Shown here piece by piece: positions 1 through 10,616 of a stretch of DNA of 64,000 nt (within the stretch, counting starts at the first letter, position 1; each line of letters starts with the position of its first letter). Source of the DNA: Candidatus Rokuibacteriota bacterium (GTDB lineage: Bacteria; Methylomirabilota; Methylomirabilia; Rokubacteriales; CSP1-6); the NCBI GenBank assembly GCA_003220345.1, contig QHSC01000099.1:1601-65600 (forward strand). The letters run 5' to 3'. The notes beneath the pieces are model-generated. The model saw only the letters and a program-made list of their open reading frames with translations, had not been told where the DNA came from and made no database searches. The translations under genes were made by a program, and so were the position numbers.

Positions 1-849
1 ATCACCGACGGCGAAGTCCGGCGCCTGGACGGCTACGTCGACTCCTACTACGCCGTCATCAAGGGCATCGAGCCGCTGCCCGTGCGCCGCCAGGCGGGGC
101 CCTGGGGCTATGACCAGCAGACGCGCTACGAGGCCGTCGGGCGCATCGAGGCGCCGCCGGGGGGCCTCGGCATCATCAAGGAGTTCGAGTATCTCAAGGC
201 CCACACGGCCAAGGCGACCAAGGCGACCTGCGCGGGACCCCTCACCTTCGGCTCGCGCATTCACCCGGGCAAGATGTACAAGGGCGTCGTGGACGTGGCC
301 GAGCGCTTCGCCGAGGTGATCAACGAGGAGCTGAAGGGCCTCGTGGCCGCCGGCGCCGAGCTCATCCAGATCGACGAGCCCGCGCGGGGCAATGTCTCGG
401 GCGAGGAGATGGCCCGTCTCTTCAACCTTGCCACCGAGGGCGTCAAGGTCAAGCTCGGCTTTCACATCTGCTTCGGCAATCGCTTCGGCCGCTCGCGCTT
501 CGATCGCACCTACCGCCCCTACTTCCCCGGCGTCCTCAAGGCGCGCGCCGACCAGCTCGTCCTCGAGTTCGCGGGACGCGAGCTTTCCGAGCTCGACGTG
601 TGGAAGGAGTACGGCGGAGACCGCGAGCTGGGCGCGGGCGTCATCGACGTCAAGGGCTTCTACCCCGAGACGCCCGAGGACGTGGCCACGCGCATCAAGC
701 GCGTGCTCGCGGTGTGCAAGCCGGAGAAGCTCACCGTCAATCCCGACTGCGGCTTCGGCTGGTCGCCGCGCTACATGTGCAACCAGAAGGTCCGCGCGCT
801 GGCCGCAGGGGCCGTGCTCGCCCGCCAGGAGCTGACGGGCAAGAAATAG
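1..849 (+). CDS. Cobalamin-independent methionine synthase (MetE C-terminal / Meth_synt_2-like) family protein, 5' end cut by window edge
   Basis: Frame 1 is open from base 1 into the 82..849 ORF. It has HxC (GFHICFG) and C-terminal Cys (NPDCGFG) zinc-ligand motifs typical of MetE-type methyltransferases. Confidence 0.7.
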   Translation: MTDGEVRRLDGYVDSYYAVIKGIEPLPVRRQAGPWGYDQQTRYEAVGRIEAPPGGLGIIKEFEYLKAHTAKATKATCAGPLTFGSRIHPGKMYKGVVDVAERFAEVINEELKGLVAAGAELIQIDEPARGNVSGEEMARLFNLATEGVKVKLGFHICFGNRFGRSRFDRTYRPYFPGVLKARADQLVLEFAGRELSELDVWKEYGGDRELGAGVIDVKGFYPETPEDVATRIKRVLAVCKPEKLTVNPDCGFGWSPRYMCNQKVRALAAGAVLARQELTGKK

Positions 850-854
850 CTCTC

Positions 855-1391
855 ATGTCGGTCGCCGAGACCTGGGGGACGGATACCGTCGAGCGGACGC
901 TGCCCTTCCCCTGCGACCGGTACGTCGATGAGCCCGACGGGGTCTATTTTCGCGGCATCACCGTGCACGCAAGTCCGGCCGCACTCTTCCGCTGGCTCTG
1001 CCAGATGCGCGTGGCGCCGTACTCCTACGACTGGATCGACAACGGCGGCCGCCGGAGCCCGCGCACCCTCACGCCAGGCATGGACGCCCTCGCCGTCGGG
1101 CAATCCATGATGCGCATCTTCACCCTCGTGGACTTCGGCCGGGACCGCCACGTCACCCTTCGGATCAAACACGGCACCGGCGCCTTCCGCCTCTTCGGCG
1201 ACCTCGCGGTGACATATCTCATCCTGCCGCAGGAGCCGGACAGCTGCCGCCTTCTCGTCAAGCTGGTCGTGCGGTATCCTCGGGGACTCAGGGGCGCGCT
1301 CATGCGCTGGGGCCTGCCCTGGGGCGACCTCCTGATGATGCGGTGCCAGCTCCTGAACCTCAAAGCCCTCGCGGAGGCAGTTTCCTCGTGA
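855..1391 (+). CDS. Hypothetical protein, possibly SRPBCC/START-fold
   Basis: Internal ATG at 855 of the 600..1391 ORF, 6 nt after the previous stop. The upstream part of that ORF overlaps the MetE-like gene out of frame. The fold assignment rests on weak recognition only. Confidence 0.5.
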   Translation: MSVAETWGTDTVERTLPFPCDRYVDEPDGVYFRGITVHASPAALFRWLCQMRVAPYSYDWIDNGGRRSPRTLTPGMDALAVGQSMMRIFTLVDFGRDRHVTLRIKHGTGAFRLFGDLAVTYLILPQEPDSCRLLVKLVVRYPRGLRGALMRWGLPWGDLLMMRCQLLNLKALAEAVSS

Positions 1392-1470
1392 CCAGACACA
1401 AGGGCCTCGGCCCGCGTGTCTTCAGCGACGACCTCGACTTTCGCTCGATGTTCGCCACGGAGCGTCCCTG

Positions 1471-2769
1471 ATGACCATGGTGATCCACGACTCGTACTCA
1501 CGCCGGAAGGTGGAGTTGCCGGCGCCGCCGGGGCGGCTCGGCATGTACTTCTGCGGCCCCACGGTCTACCAGCGCATCCATATCGGCAATGCCCGGCCGT
1601 TCGTGCTGTCGATGTGGCTCAAGGGCTGGCTCACCCTCCGCGGCTACGACGTCAAGCTCGCCGAGAACGTGACCGACATCAACGACAGGATCTACGTCGC
1701 GGCGCGCGCGCAGGGTATCGGCAGCGCCGAGCTGGCCCGGCAGGCGACGGCCTGGTACATCGAGGACACGAGCGCACTCGGCCTCGGGCGGCCCGACACC
1801 GAGCCTCTCGCCTCCGAGACCGTCACCGAGATCATCGCCCTCACGAGCGAGCTGATGTCTCGCGGGCTCGCGTACCAGGCGGGCGGCGACGTGTACTACC
1901 GCGTCGCGCGATTCCCGGAGTACGGCCGTCTTTCGGGCGTCCAGCGCGAGGCTATGATCGCCCAGGAGCCGGAGGACCGGAAGGAGGATCCCCGGGACTT
2001 CGCGCTCTGGAAAACGTGGAAAGCCGATGAGGACACCTGGTGGGATTCGCCCTGGGGCCGCGGGCGTCCGGGCTGGCACATCGAGTGCTCCGCCATGGCG
2101 GAGAAGCACCTCGGCACCGGCTTCGACATTCACGGCGGCGGGCTCGACCTGCGCTTTCCCCATCACGAGAACGAGCTGGCCCAGTCGCGCGGCGCCGGGC
2201 GGGAGTTCGCCCGCTGGTGGTTGCACAACGGCATGATCGAGATGGGCGCCGAGAAGATGTCGAAGTCCCTCGGCAATATCGTGCCACTCCGGGACGCTCT
2301 CGACCGCTGGGGCCGCGAGGCCATCCTCGTCTTCTTCATGGGCGCCCACTACCGGAGCCCGATCGAGTACTCCGAGGCCTCCCTTCAGGCGGCCCGCGCC
2401 CAGGCGGACGACTTCCGCAACGCCTTCCGCGTGGCCGCCGCCCGCCCCAGCGACCTGACGTGGGAGCACCTGGCCGCGGCCCTCGACGACGACTTCGACA
2501 CGCCCCGAGCGCTCGCCATCCTCCACGGCTGGCGCGCGGCCGGCCGGCTCGATCTCCTGGCGCGCGGCCTCGCCGTCTTCGGCCTCGCGATCGATCAGGG
2601 CGGCACCGATCGCTCGCCTGAGGCCAGCCGGCTCGCCGAGGAGCGTCAAGCGGCGCGGGCGCGCCGCGACTACGCCGAGGCCGATCGCCTGCGCGGGCAG
2701 ATCGAGGGGCTGGGATGGGAGGTGCAGGACATCCCGGGCGGCTTCCGCCTCATCCCGAAGACCGGGTGA
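1471..2769 (+). CDS. cysS: Cysteine--tRNA ligase
   Basis: 432 aa with class I aaRS motifs HIGN (HIGH) and KMSKS, and overall CysS-like sequence. The start could be ATG 1471 or 1477. Confidence 0.95.
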   Translation: MTMVIHDSYSRRKVELPAPPGRLGMYFCGPTVYQRIHIGNARPFVLSMWLKGWLTLRGYDVKLAENVTDINDRIYVAARAQGIGSAELARQATAWYIEDTSALGLGRPDTEPLASETVTEIIALTSELMSRGLAYQAGGDVYYRVARFPEYGRLSGVQREAMIAQEPEDRKEDPRDFALWKTWKADEDTWWDSPWGRGRPGWHIECSAMAEKHLGTGFDIHGGGLDLRFPHHENELAQSRGAGREFARWWLHNGMIEMGAEKMSKSLGNIVPLRDALDRWGREAILVFFMGAHYRSPIEYSEASLQAARAQADDFRNAFRVAAARPSDLTWEHLAAALDDDFDTPRALAILHGWRAAGRLDLLARGLAVFGLAIDQGGTDRSPEASRLAEERQAARARRDYAEADRLRGQIEGLGWEVQDIPGGFRLIPKTG

Positions 2770-3030
2770 TCTTCGGGCCAGAGGTAAACAATGGGCCACT
2801 CGCCCCACGCTTGCCCCGAGCTATCGAGCTGCACGCGCCTCGGCTTGTCGCACACGCTGCGAGAAAGAACAGCGCGGGCACAGCGCATGAGGCGCAGGCG
2901 CTCCGAGGCTCAATTTGATCTGTCCCTTGCCCTCTGGCAGGATCTTGCCGTCATGCCCCTCATCCCGCCTACGCCGTGAAAGTCGAGGTAGTGGAGACAC
3001 CGCCATGATTTTGCGGATCAGGAGGTCGCG

Positions 3031-3801
3031 ATGATGGACCCGGCGTTCACCCTCGAGGGGAAGACCGCCATCGTCGTCGGCGCGGCCAACGGGATCGGGC
3101 GCGCGACCGCCCTCGCGTTCGCGGCGGCCGGCGCCCACGTGACCTGCGCCGACATCGAGGAGCCGGGGGCCAAGGCCACCGCGGCCGAGATCGAGAAGGG
3201 CAGCGGGCACGCCCTGCCCGTGTCTCTCGACGTGACGGACAGCGCCAGCTGCCGCGCCGCCATCGCCGCCACCGTCGAGCGCTTCGGCAATCTCGCCGTC
3301 CTGCTCTACGGCGCCGCCGACAGCGACCGTACCGCCACCGTGCTGGAGATGGACGAGGCGGCCTGGGATCGCGTGATCCGCGTCAATCTCACGGGCGCGT
3401 TCCTGATGGCCAAGGCGGCGATCCCCGCGATGATCGCGCGCGGCGGCGGAAGCGTGATCCTCATCGCGTCGCAGCTCGGCCGCGTCGCCTCACCCGGGCG
3501 CCCGGCGTACTGCGCGAGCAAGGGCGCCCTGATCCAGCTCGCGAAGGTGCTCGCGGCCGACCACGCGGGGCAAGGCATCCGGGCCAACACGATCTCGCCG
3601 GGCGCCATCGAGACACGACGCATGCTCCGGCGGTGGAAGGACATGGACGAGGCGCGCAAGATGATGGGGCCGAAGCATCTGCTCGGTCGGCTCGGTCTGC
3701 CCGAGGAGATCGCCCGCGCCGCCGTCTATCTCGCGAGCGATGCCTCGGCCTTCATGACAGGCAGCGACCTGCTCATCGACGGCGGCTACACCGCAGTTTG
3801 A
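3031..3801 (+). CDS. SDR family NAD(P)-dependent oxidoreductase
   Basis: 256 aa with a glycine-rich GAANGIGRA dinucleotide motif and catalytic YCASK (YxxxK). AGGAGG lies upstream of the ATG. Confidence 0.9.
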   Translation: MMDPAFTLEGKTAIVVGAANGIGRATALAFAAAGAHVTCADIEEPGAKATAAEIEKGSGHALPVSLDVTDSASCRAAIAATVERFGNLAVLLYGAADSDRTATVLEMDEAAWDRVIRVNLTGAFLMAKAAIPAMIARGGGSVILIASQLGRVASPGRPAYCASKGALIQLAKVLAADHAGQGIRANTISPGAIETRRMLRRWKDMDEARKMMGPKHLLGRLGLPEEIARAAVYLASDASAFMTGSDLLIDGGYTAV

Positions 3802-3822
3802 CCCTGAGGTGCCTGGTAGATC

Positions 3823-4419
3823 GTGAAGGGTCTGACCGGCCCACTCCTGATCACCCTCGTCGCCGCGTGTGCGCCGCTGCCGCCCGTCACGCCGGCGCAC
3901 ACTCCCCGATCCGGACCCTTCGTCTATCTGGTCAGCCACGGCTGGCACGTCGGGATCGCCGTGGAGCAGGGGAACGTCCCACCGACGATCTGGCCGGAGA
4001 GCGCGGAGTTCAGCGGCTTCCGGTACCTCGAGGTCGGCTGGGGAGACGCCGATTACTACCCAACCGCCCACGGCTCCGTTGGGCTCGCGCTGAAGGCGAC
4101 GTTCCGCTCGAGAGGGAGCGTGCTCCACGTCGCCGCATTCGACGCGGGACCTCCCGAGTTCTTCGGCATGTCGAAGATCATCGAGGTCACGCTGTCACGC
4201 CGGGGCCTCGAGGATCTGGCCCGCTTCATCCACACGACCTATTCCAACACCTGGACGGCCCGCGCGCTCGCCGTCGCCGGTTGTCCGATCGATGCGGCAG
4301 GGGCGATCACGGCGGGCGGCGTCATGTACGAGGCACGCCGCTTCGGACGCGTCATCCGCAACGGAGCGCTGTGGAGGGACGTGCCGGCCGACGGCACCGA
4401 GCGAGAGGCCTGTCGCTGA
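3823..4419 (+). CDS. Lipoprotein, DUF2459 (TIGR02117)-like conserved hypothetical
   Basis: GTG start. Lipobox LVAAC in the N-terminal signal. HGWH and NTWTARAL motifs resemble the DUF2459 family. Family assignment is from memory. Confidence 0.6.
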   Translation: MKGLTGPLLITLVAACAPLPPVTPAHTPRSGPFVYLVSHGWHVGIAVEQGNVPPTIWPESAEFSGFRYLEVGWGDADYYPTAHGSVGLALKATFRSRGSVLHVAAFDAGPPEFFGMSKIIEVTLSRRGLEDLARFIHTTYSNTWTARALAVAGCPIDAAGAITAGGVMYEARRFGRVIRNGALWRDVPADGTEREACR

Positions 4420-4424
4420 CGGCC

Positions 4425-5141
4425 TCAGCCCTTGAAGAGCAGGCCCGCGCCGCTGGCGATGAGCAACGCGCTGATGACCCAGACGAAGACGCGCTGCGAG
4501 AAGCGGGCTTGCATGCGCCCGCCCAGGAACAATCCGGCCGCCACGATCGGAAGCGCGCCGGCCATGGACACCAGCGTCTCCCAGCGGAACAGGCCCAGGA
4601 TGGCGTAGGCGACGAGCCGGATGCCGCCGTCGATGAGGAAGTTCGAGGCGAAGGTCGCCCGGAACGTGGTCTTCTCGAGATTTCGCAGGCTCAGGTAGAT
4701 GACATAGAAGGGGCCCCCGCTGCCGAACAGCGTCCCGACCAGGCCGCCCAGCAGCCCGCACACGATGGCGAAGAGACGCGAGCCGCGCAGCGCGGGAAGC
4801 GGGAGCACCTGGTACACGGCATAGACGATCACGAACGCGCCGAGCACCCGGGCCAGCGCCGCCGTCGGAACCGCCTGGAGCAGATAGAGCCCGAGTCCCA
4901 CGCCCACGAGCATGAACGGGACGAGAGCGAGCTGCTCCCTCCACGCGATCTGGCCGAGATTCTTGATCCCCTGGCTGGCCGAGCCCAGATAGTCCAGCGA
5001 GACGACCAGCGGGACAACAGCGGTGACGGGCGAGACCAAGCTCAGCAGCGGGACAGCGATGAGACCCGAGCCGAAACCCGCCATGCCCCGGACGAAGTAG
5101 GCGAGAAACAAGACCAGCCCGGAGTAGACGAGAGTGTCCAA
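4425..5141 (-). CDS. TauE/SafE (TSUP) family sulfite/anion exporter
   Basis: 238 aa polytopic membrane protein. The N-terminal FVRGMAGFGSGLIAVPLL motif is typical of TauE/SafE. Confidence 0.85.
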   Translation of the reverse strand: MDTLVYSGLVLFLAYFVRGMAGFGSGLIAVPLLSLVSPVTAVVPLVVSLDYLGSASQGIKNLGQIAWREQLALVPFMLVGVGLGLYLLQAVPTAALARVLGAFVIVYAVYQVLPLPALRGSRLFAIVCGLLGGLVGTLFGSGGPFYVIYLSLRNLEKTTFRATFASNFLIDGGIRLVAYAILGLFRWETLVSMAGALPIVAAGLFLGGRMQARFSQRVFVWVISALLIASGAGLLFKG

Positions 5142-5207
5142 CGCTCTCGTATAGCACGAGACCGGCAGGAAGGCGGTGTCACACCGGGCGGTGAGGTCCG
5201 GGGACGA

Positions 5208-5846
5208 TCAGGGCTGCTGAGCGGTTCGCGACAGACCGGGCAACAGCGTCACGCTGGACTCGCCGAGGCGGCACGTGGCGCGCTCGCAGGCCTGCCGCGC
5301 GAGGATGGGCACCGGCCGACGCTCGGCGATGCGGCCGCCGGACGGGGCGATGCACCGGGCCAGCGCCTGGAGCGAGGCTCGAATCTGCCGGTTCTCCGGA
5401 GCCTGCGGATCATCGTTCGAGCGGGTGAAGACGGCGGCGTCCAGCACGTCGTGGCGGGGCGCGCCGAACAGCGGAGGCGCGAGGCGTAGAACGAGGAGCC
5501 CGAAGGACCCGCCGGGCGCCGCCACGCCCGCGAACTTACACGAAGCCGACCCATCACACCGCGGTCGGATGCGCTCATCAGCGCCCGGGCACACCGCGTG
5601 ACCCTCCGCGCTCGCGCCCCAGGCCAGGACACCCGTCTTGTGGTGGCACTGGACGCGTCCGGCCGCGTCGACGAGACAGACCATCAGGTCGGCGCGCTCG
5701 GTCGAATCGACCCGGTTCACCGTGACCGAGATGTCCACAGGCTCGGACCACGATCCCGGAGTTTCGCCCGAAGAAGCCTTCAGCGCCGCGAGGATGCCCA
5801 CCGTCACGAGCACGAGGAGGCCGGCGAGTGTCCTGGGCTTGGCCAT
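5208..5846 (-). CDS. Exported cysteine-rich hypothetical protein
   Basis: Internal ATG at 5846 gives the signal peptide MAKPRTLAGLLVLVTVGILAALKA. The mature part has 9 Cys. I recognise no family. Confidence 0.45.
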   Translation of the reverse strand: MAKPRTLAGLLVLVTVGILAALKASSGETPGSWSEPVDISVTVNRVDSTERADLMVCLVDAAGRVQCHHKTGVLAWGASAEGHAVCPGADERIRPRCDGSASCKFAGVAAPGGSFGLLVLRLAPPLFGAPRHDVLDAAVFTRSNDDPQAPENRQIRASLQALARCIAPSGGRIAERRPVPILARQACERATCRLGESSVTLLPGLSRTAQQP

Positions 5847-6076
5847 GGTCGTCGAGGAATCCCCGCAAGAGCCGGGCCAAGACCCAAGGCCCCAGAAACC
5901 GGTCCTTTCTCGACCCTCTCGACGCCCCGTCTGACGAATTCCGTCCTTCATGTGACACGCCTCGGCTGATTGTGGAGTCCTTCCCGATGAGGCAATATTT
6001 TGGGCTGCCATTTCGCTGACTTACAAGAATGCGTACTTGGCACGCGACTGGAAAGGAGGAGGGTCCCTCAAGAATC

Positions 6077-6889
6077 ATGAGACACCTGACGAAGCTCCTA
6101 CTCGGACTGGTGGTGCTACTGCAGCCATGGACCGCCGCCGCTCAGCAGCCACCCCTGGCGTTCGGCGTGCTGAACCAGCAGAGTCCGGCGCTCACCGCGG
6201 AGCGCTGGAACCCGATCCTCCACTACACGAGCACGGTGAGCGGCGTCCCGCTCCAGCTCAAGATGGGCCGCACGGTGCAGGAAACCAACTCAATGATGGC
6301 CCGCGGCGAATTCGACTTCGTGTTCACCAACCACAATTTTCAATCGGAGTTCGACAGCCTCGGCTTCAAGGTGATCGCCCGCTGGGCGGGAGAGCCGATC
6401 CGGGCGGTCATCGCGGTACCCGCGGACAGCCCGATCCAGAACCTGCATCAGCTGGCAGGCAAGCGCGTGTCTTTCCCTTCCAACGAGGCCTTCGTCGCCT
6501 ACGCTGTCCCGCTGGTCGCGCTCAAGCGGGCGGGCGTTCGCGTGGAGGAGGTCTTCGGTGGCAACCAGGAAGGCACGCTGGCGCAGCTCAAGGCCAGGCG
6601 CGTCGAGGCGGGCGCGGTCAACTCCCGCTTCCTCGGCCAGTACGCGGAGCGCGAGCACGTGCAGTTCCGCGAGATCTACGTGTCCGAGGGCTTCCCCGAC
6701 CTGGCGGTGATCGCGCACCCGCGCGTGCCCGCCGCCACCGTGGAGCGCGTGCGCCGCGCCCTGCTCGGAATGAGCAGCGACACCGCGGCGGCCTCCATCC
6801 TCACCCTCGCCAAGTCCAAGGGGTTCGAGGCGGCCACCGACCGTGACTACGACGGCGTCCGGCGCATCTACCGTCTCGTCGGCCAGTGA
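6077..6889 (+). CDS. PhnD-like (phosphonate-type) periplasmic substrate-binding protein
   Basis: Signal peptide MRHLTKLLLGLVVLLQPWTAAA from ATG 6077 (alternative ATG at 6029). PhnD/ABC type 3 binding-fold similarity. Its stop overlaps the kinase start (GTGA). Confidence 0.75.
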   Translation: MRHLTKLLLGLVVLLQPWTAAAQQPPLAFGVLNQQSPALTAERWNPILHYTSTVSGVPLQLKMGRTVQETNSMMARGEFDFVFTNHNFQSEFDSLGFKVIARWAGEPIRAVIAVPADSPIQNLHQLAGKRVSFPSNEAFVAYAVPLVALKRAGVRVEEVFGGNQEGTLAQLKARRVEAGAVNSRFLGQYAEREHVQFREIYVSEGFPDLAVIAHPRVPAATVERVRRALLGMSSDTAAASILTLAKSKGFEAATDRDYDGVRRIYRLVGQ

Positions 6890-9273
6890 AATCAAGCCTT
6901 CGCGCGCTCCTGCTGGGCGTCTCGAGCGTGGCGATCGTCGCCGTCACGCTGGGCGGCCTCGCCGTCAACCTGAGCGATCGCAGCACGGCAGCCCGGATGA
7001 GGCTCAGCGAGCAAACGGAGCGCCTCGGAACGGCGGCGGCTCCTCTGCTCCTCGACGCGCTCGTGGTCGGCGACCTGGCGCGCGCCGAGCAGATGCTGCG
7101 AAGCCTGAACGGAGAATCGGTGTGGAGCCGGCTGGCCCTGTACGAAAGCGACGGGCGCCGGCTCATCCTCGATGCCTCTCCCGACAACCTGAAACAATCC
7201 GGGGCTCCGCGCTGGGTCAAGCACCTGGTTCCCGTGACGCTCGAGGAGCACCGGGTCGCGATCGCGGCGCCGCCCGTCGTCTACGGCGTGCTCGCGGTGA
7301 CTCCGTCCGTGCAGAGCCTGGAAAGCGACCTCTGGGCCGAGATTCGCACCATGATCGCGGTCACCGGCGTGCTCCTGGTGACCCTCCTCGGCCTCACCCA
7401 CGTGATCCTGCTCGTCGGCCTGCGGCCGGTGCGCGCCCTCGCCGAGAGCGCGGCTCGGCTCGGCAGCGGAGACCTCACCGCCCGGATGCGGGAGACCAGG
7501 CTCAGCGAGATGGCCCCCACCGTGCGCGCCTTCAACTCGATGGCGGCCAGCCTCGAGCAGGCGCTCCACGAGGCCCGCACCCGTGAGGCCCGGCTGGAAA
7601 GCCTCGTCGCGATCAGCGGCGACCTGTCCCGGATGCAGGAGCTCGACTCCCTCATCGGGCGCATCGCGGAGGCGTGCGGGCGGCTCGTCAACACCGACTG
7701 GGTGGGCTTCCGCCTCGTGGAGGGCGACGAGCTGGCCATGGCCGGAACACTGGAGAGCAGTGACTTGATGGTGACGCCGAGTCTCAAGATCGGCAGTGGC
7801 CTGGCCGGCACCGTGGCCGCCTCCGGACGTCCGCTCCTGGTGCGGGATCCCGCCGACGATCCCCGCATGCTCCCCGAGGACGCGAAGGAGGTGCGTCGCT
7901 TCGGCGCCCGTGGGTTCCTGGGGGTACCCGCCAAGATCGGAGACCGGGTGGTCGGCGTCCTCACCTTCCAGACCAAGCGCGAGGAGGGATTCTCAGCCGA
8001 GGACATGGCCATCGCCACCGCCTTCGCCTCCCACGCGGCGATCGCGGTCGAGAACCGCCGATTGCTGCTCGAGTCCCGCCGCGCCTACGACGAGCTGGCC
8101 GAGACCCAGGGTCAGCTCGAGCAGGTTCAGAAGATGGATGCCATCGGCCGGCTCGCGGGCGGCGTCGCCCACGACTTCAACAACCTCCTCACCGTCATCC
8201 TCGGGCGCGCCGACATCCTGCTGCGCCAGCTGAAGCCCGAGGATTCCATGCACCGCGGCATCGAGCTGATCCAGCGCACCGCCGGCCGCGCCGCGGACCT
8301 GACGCGCCAGCTCCTCGCCTTCGGGCGCAAGCAAGTGCTCGAGCCAGTCGTCCTCGACCTGAGCGCGGTGACCATGGACATGAAGGACATGCTGGGGCGG
8401 CTGATCGGCGAGGACATCGCGCTCCTGACCACGCCGACCCCGGGGCTCGGCCGCGTGAAGGCCGACCGCGGGCAGATCGAGCAGGTGATCATGAACCTGT
8501 CCGTCAACGCGCGCGACGCCATGCCCCAGGGCGGCCGCCTCATCCTCGAGACCGCGAACGTGGAGCTCGACGACGAGTACGTGCGCCGGCACGTCGGGGC
8601 GCGGCCCGGGCCTCATGTCATGCTCGCCGTCTCCGATACCGGCACCGGGATCCCGCGCGAGATCCAGGCGCATATCTTCGAGCCGTTCTTCACGACCAAA
8701 GAGCAGGGCAAGGGCACCGGACTCGGCCTGGCCACTGTCTACGGCATCGTCAAGCAGAGCGGCGGGCATGTCGAGGTGGACAGCGAGCCGGACAAGGGCA
8801 CGACGTTCCGGATCTACCTGCCCCAGCTCGACGCCGCGGCCATCACCGTTGATCGAAGCCCGCGGCCGACCGCGGCCGCAGGCGGCAGCGAGACCATCCT
8901 GCTCGTGGAGGACGAGGAGGGCGTGCGCGAGCTGGCGCGCGACATCCTCCGGGCCAGCGGGTACACCGTGCTCGAGGCGCGCAACGGCCCCGAGGCCCTG
9001 CTGCTCTGCGAGCGGCACCAGGGCCCGCTCGATCTCCTCCTCACGGACGTGGTCATGCCCCGGATGAGCGGCCGCGAGCTGGCCGAGCGCCTGGGCCCGC
9101 TCCGGCCCGACCTCAGCGTGCTCTACATGTCGGGTTACACCGACGACGCGGTCATCCGCCACGGCGTGCTCGGCGCGGGCACCGCGTTCCTGCAGAAGCC
9201 CTTCGCGCCCGCCGCCCTCGTCCAGCGCGTCCGCGAATCGCTCGATCTCGCGAGCGCGCGCAGCCCCGCGTAA
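6886..9273 (+). CDS. Hybrid sensor histidine kinase (periplasmic/TM - HAMP - GAF - HisKA - HATPase - REC)
   Basis: H-box AHDFNNLL, N-box [11 protein letters not shown]-boxes DTGTGI and GTGLGLA, and a C-terminal receiver ([11 protein letters not shown]...[10 protein letters not shown]). Confidence 0.9.
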   Translation: MKSSLRALLLGVSSVAIVAVTLGGLAVNLSDRSTAARMRLSEQTERLGTAAAPLLLDALVVGDLARAEQMLRSLNGESVWSRLALYESDGRRLILDASPDNLKQSGAPRWVKHLVPVTLEEHRVAIAAPPVVYGVLAVTPSVQSLESDLWAEIRTMIAVTGVLLVTLLGLTHVILLVGLRPVRALAESAARLGSGDLTARMRETRLSEMAPTVRAFNSMAASLEQALHEARTREARLESLVAISGDLSRMQELDSLIGRIAEACGRLVNTDWVGFRLVEGDELAMAGTLESSDLMVTPSLKIGSGLAGTVAASGRPLLVRDPADDPRMLPEDAKEVRRFGARGFLGVPAKIGDRVVGVLTFQTKREEGFSAEDMAIATAFASHAAIAVENRRLLLESRRAYDELAETQGQLEQVQKMDAIGRLAGGVAHDFNNLLTVILGRADILLRQLKPEDSMHRGIELIQRTAGRAADLTRQLLAFGRKQVLEPVVLDLSAVTMDMKDMLGRLIGEDIALLTTPTPGLGRVKADRGQIEQVIMNLSVNARDAMPQGGRLILETANVELDDEYVRRHVGARPGPHVMLAVSDTGTGIPREIQAHIFEPFFTTKEQGKGTGLGLATVYGIVKQSGGHVEVDSEPDKGTTFRIYLPQLDAAAITVDRSPRPTAAAGGSETILLVEDEEGVRELARDILRASGYTVLEARNGPEALLLCERHQGPLDLLLTDVVMPRMSGRELAERLGPLRPDLSVLYMSGYTDDAVIRHGVLGAGTAFLQKPFAPAALVQRVRESLDLASARSPA

Positions 9274-9322
9274 GCGCTCCTGGACGCGAGGGGCCTGGCC
9301 CCACCCTGCTATCCTGACATTG

Positions 9323-10600
9323 ATGCCTCAACTCGAGCGCGCCGCGATAGACGTGCTGGTGGTGGCGCCCATACCCGATTTCGATCGCGCCTCGGGGTCT
9401 CTGCGCTTCTATCAGATGTTGCAGATGCTGGCCCGGCGATACCGCGTGATGCTCCTGGGATGGGTGGATGCGGAAGATCCGCGATCACCGCGCTATGTCA
9501 AGGCCCTCGCCGACGCCGGACTCGCCGTGCAGGTCGTGTCCCACGCCGGCGTGGTCGGCGGCGTCAGTGCCATCCTCGGACGGGTCCGCCTCTGCGTGCT
9601 CTTCGAGTTCTTCACCAGCGCCGAACGGGTGATCGGGCGAGTCAGATTGCTGCGGCCGGATCTTCCCGTCGTGATCGATTCGGTGGACGTGCACTTCCTC
9701 CGTGAGATGCGGGGAGTCCCGTATGCCATGAGGCCGCGCCGCGCGGCCCGCAAGGCGCGACGGACGATGAGGCGGGAGCTCGGGGTCTACCGGCGCGCGG
9801 ATCTCGTCCTGACCGTCACCGAGTGCGATCGCGCCCAGATCCTCCAGACGTTGCCGAAGGCCCGCGTCTCCATCGTGCCGAATATTCACCAGGTCCGCGA
9901 GGACGTCCCGGGATTCAACGAGCGCCGGCGCAATTCGCTGCTGTTCGTCGGCGGGTTCGCCCATCCGCCGAATGGAGACGCGGTGCTCTTCTTCTGCCGC
10001 GACATCCTGCCCATGGTGAAGCGGGCGCTCGGGCAGGTCGAGGTCACCATCGTGGGCGACCGGCCGCCGCCGGAGATCCGGGATCTCGCCGGCGACGGCG
10101 TCGTCATCGCAGGCTGGGTGCCGGAGATGACGCCGTACCTCGATTCACACTGCGTGGCCATCGCACCGTTGCGGTTCGGTGCGGGCATGAAGGGGAAAGT
10201 GGGGCAAGCGCTGGCGGCGGGCCTCCCGGTGGTGACGACCCGCGTGGGCGCCGAAGGCATGGACCTGGAGGATGGGAAGGCCGCGCTCATCGCCGATTCG
10301 CCGACGGCCTTCGCCGAGGCCGTCGCACGTCTCTGCACCGACGGCGAGCTCCATCGAGACTTGAGCCAGGCTGGGCGATCCCACGTGCGCCACCGGTGGG
10401 ACGCGGCCGCCGTCGAAGCCCGGCTCATCGGCGCCCTCGAGAGCATTCGAGGGCTGACCCCGACGCCGCTACGGGCGCCCGGGCGCCTCGCCGCTCACGC
10501 GCGCGACGCGTATGTACGAAGCGGCCTTGCCCAGACGGTGGAGCACGCGTCGGCGGTCACGGCATGGTACGTGGGCCGGCTGCGCCCGCGACGGCGTTGA
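9323..10600 (+). CDS. Glycosyltransferase, GT4/group 1 family
   Basis: The C-terminal GT-B domain pattern (LLFVGGF..., GMKGKVGQALAAGLPVVTT) resembles glycosyl transferases group 1. ATG at 9323 (the ORF track uses TTG at 9320). Confidence 0.8.
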   Translation: MPQLERAAIDVLVVAPIPDFDRASGSLRFYQMLQMLARRYRVMLLGWVDAEDPRSPRYVKALADAGLAVQVVSHAGVVGGVSAILGRVRLCVLFEFFTSAERVIGRVRLLRPDLPVVIDSVDVHFLREMRGVPYAMRPRRAARKARRTMRRELGVYRRADLVLTVTECDRAQILQTLPKARVSIVPNIHQVREDVPGFNERRRNSLLFVGGFAHPPNGDAVLFFCRDILPMVKRALGQVEVTIVGDRPPPEIRDLAGDGVVIAGWVPEMTPYLDSHCVAIAPLRFGAGMKGKVGQALAAGLPVVTTRVGAEGMDLEDGKAALIADSPTAFAEAVARLCTDGELHRDLSQAGRSHVRHRWDAAAVEARLIGALESIRGLTPTPLRAPGRLAAHARDAYVRSGLAQTVEHASAVTAWYVGRLRPRRR

Positions 10601-10616
10601 CGGCCGGCTCCGCCCG

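Noticed and set aside
3633-5489. 618-aa plus-strand ORF
   Set aside because: It overlaps the SDR end, the DUF2459 gene (other frame) and the antisense TauE/SafE gene. Its composition is dominated by R/G/E/A/D runs with no domain signature, so it is a shadow ORF.
9274-9319. GGGGCCTGGCCCC hairpin after the histidine kinase gene as a rho-independent terminator
   Set aside because: The stem is short with a 3-nt loop and no following T-tract. I found no convincing intrinsic terminator anywhere in the window.
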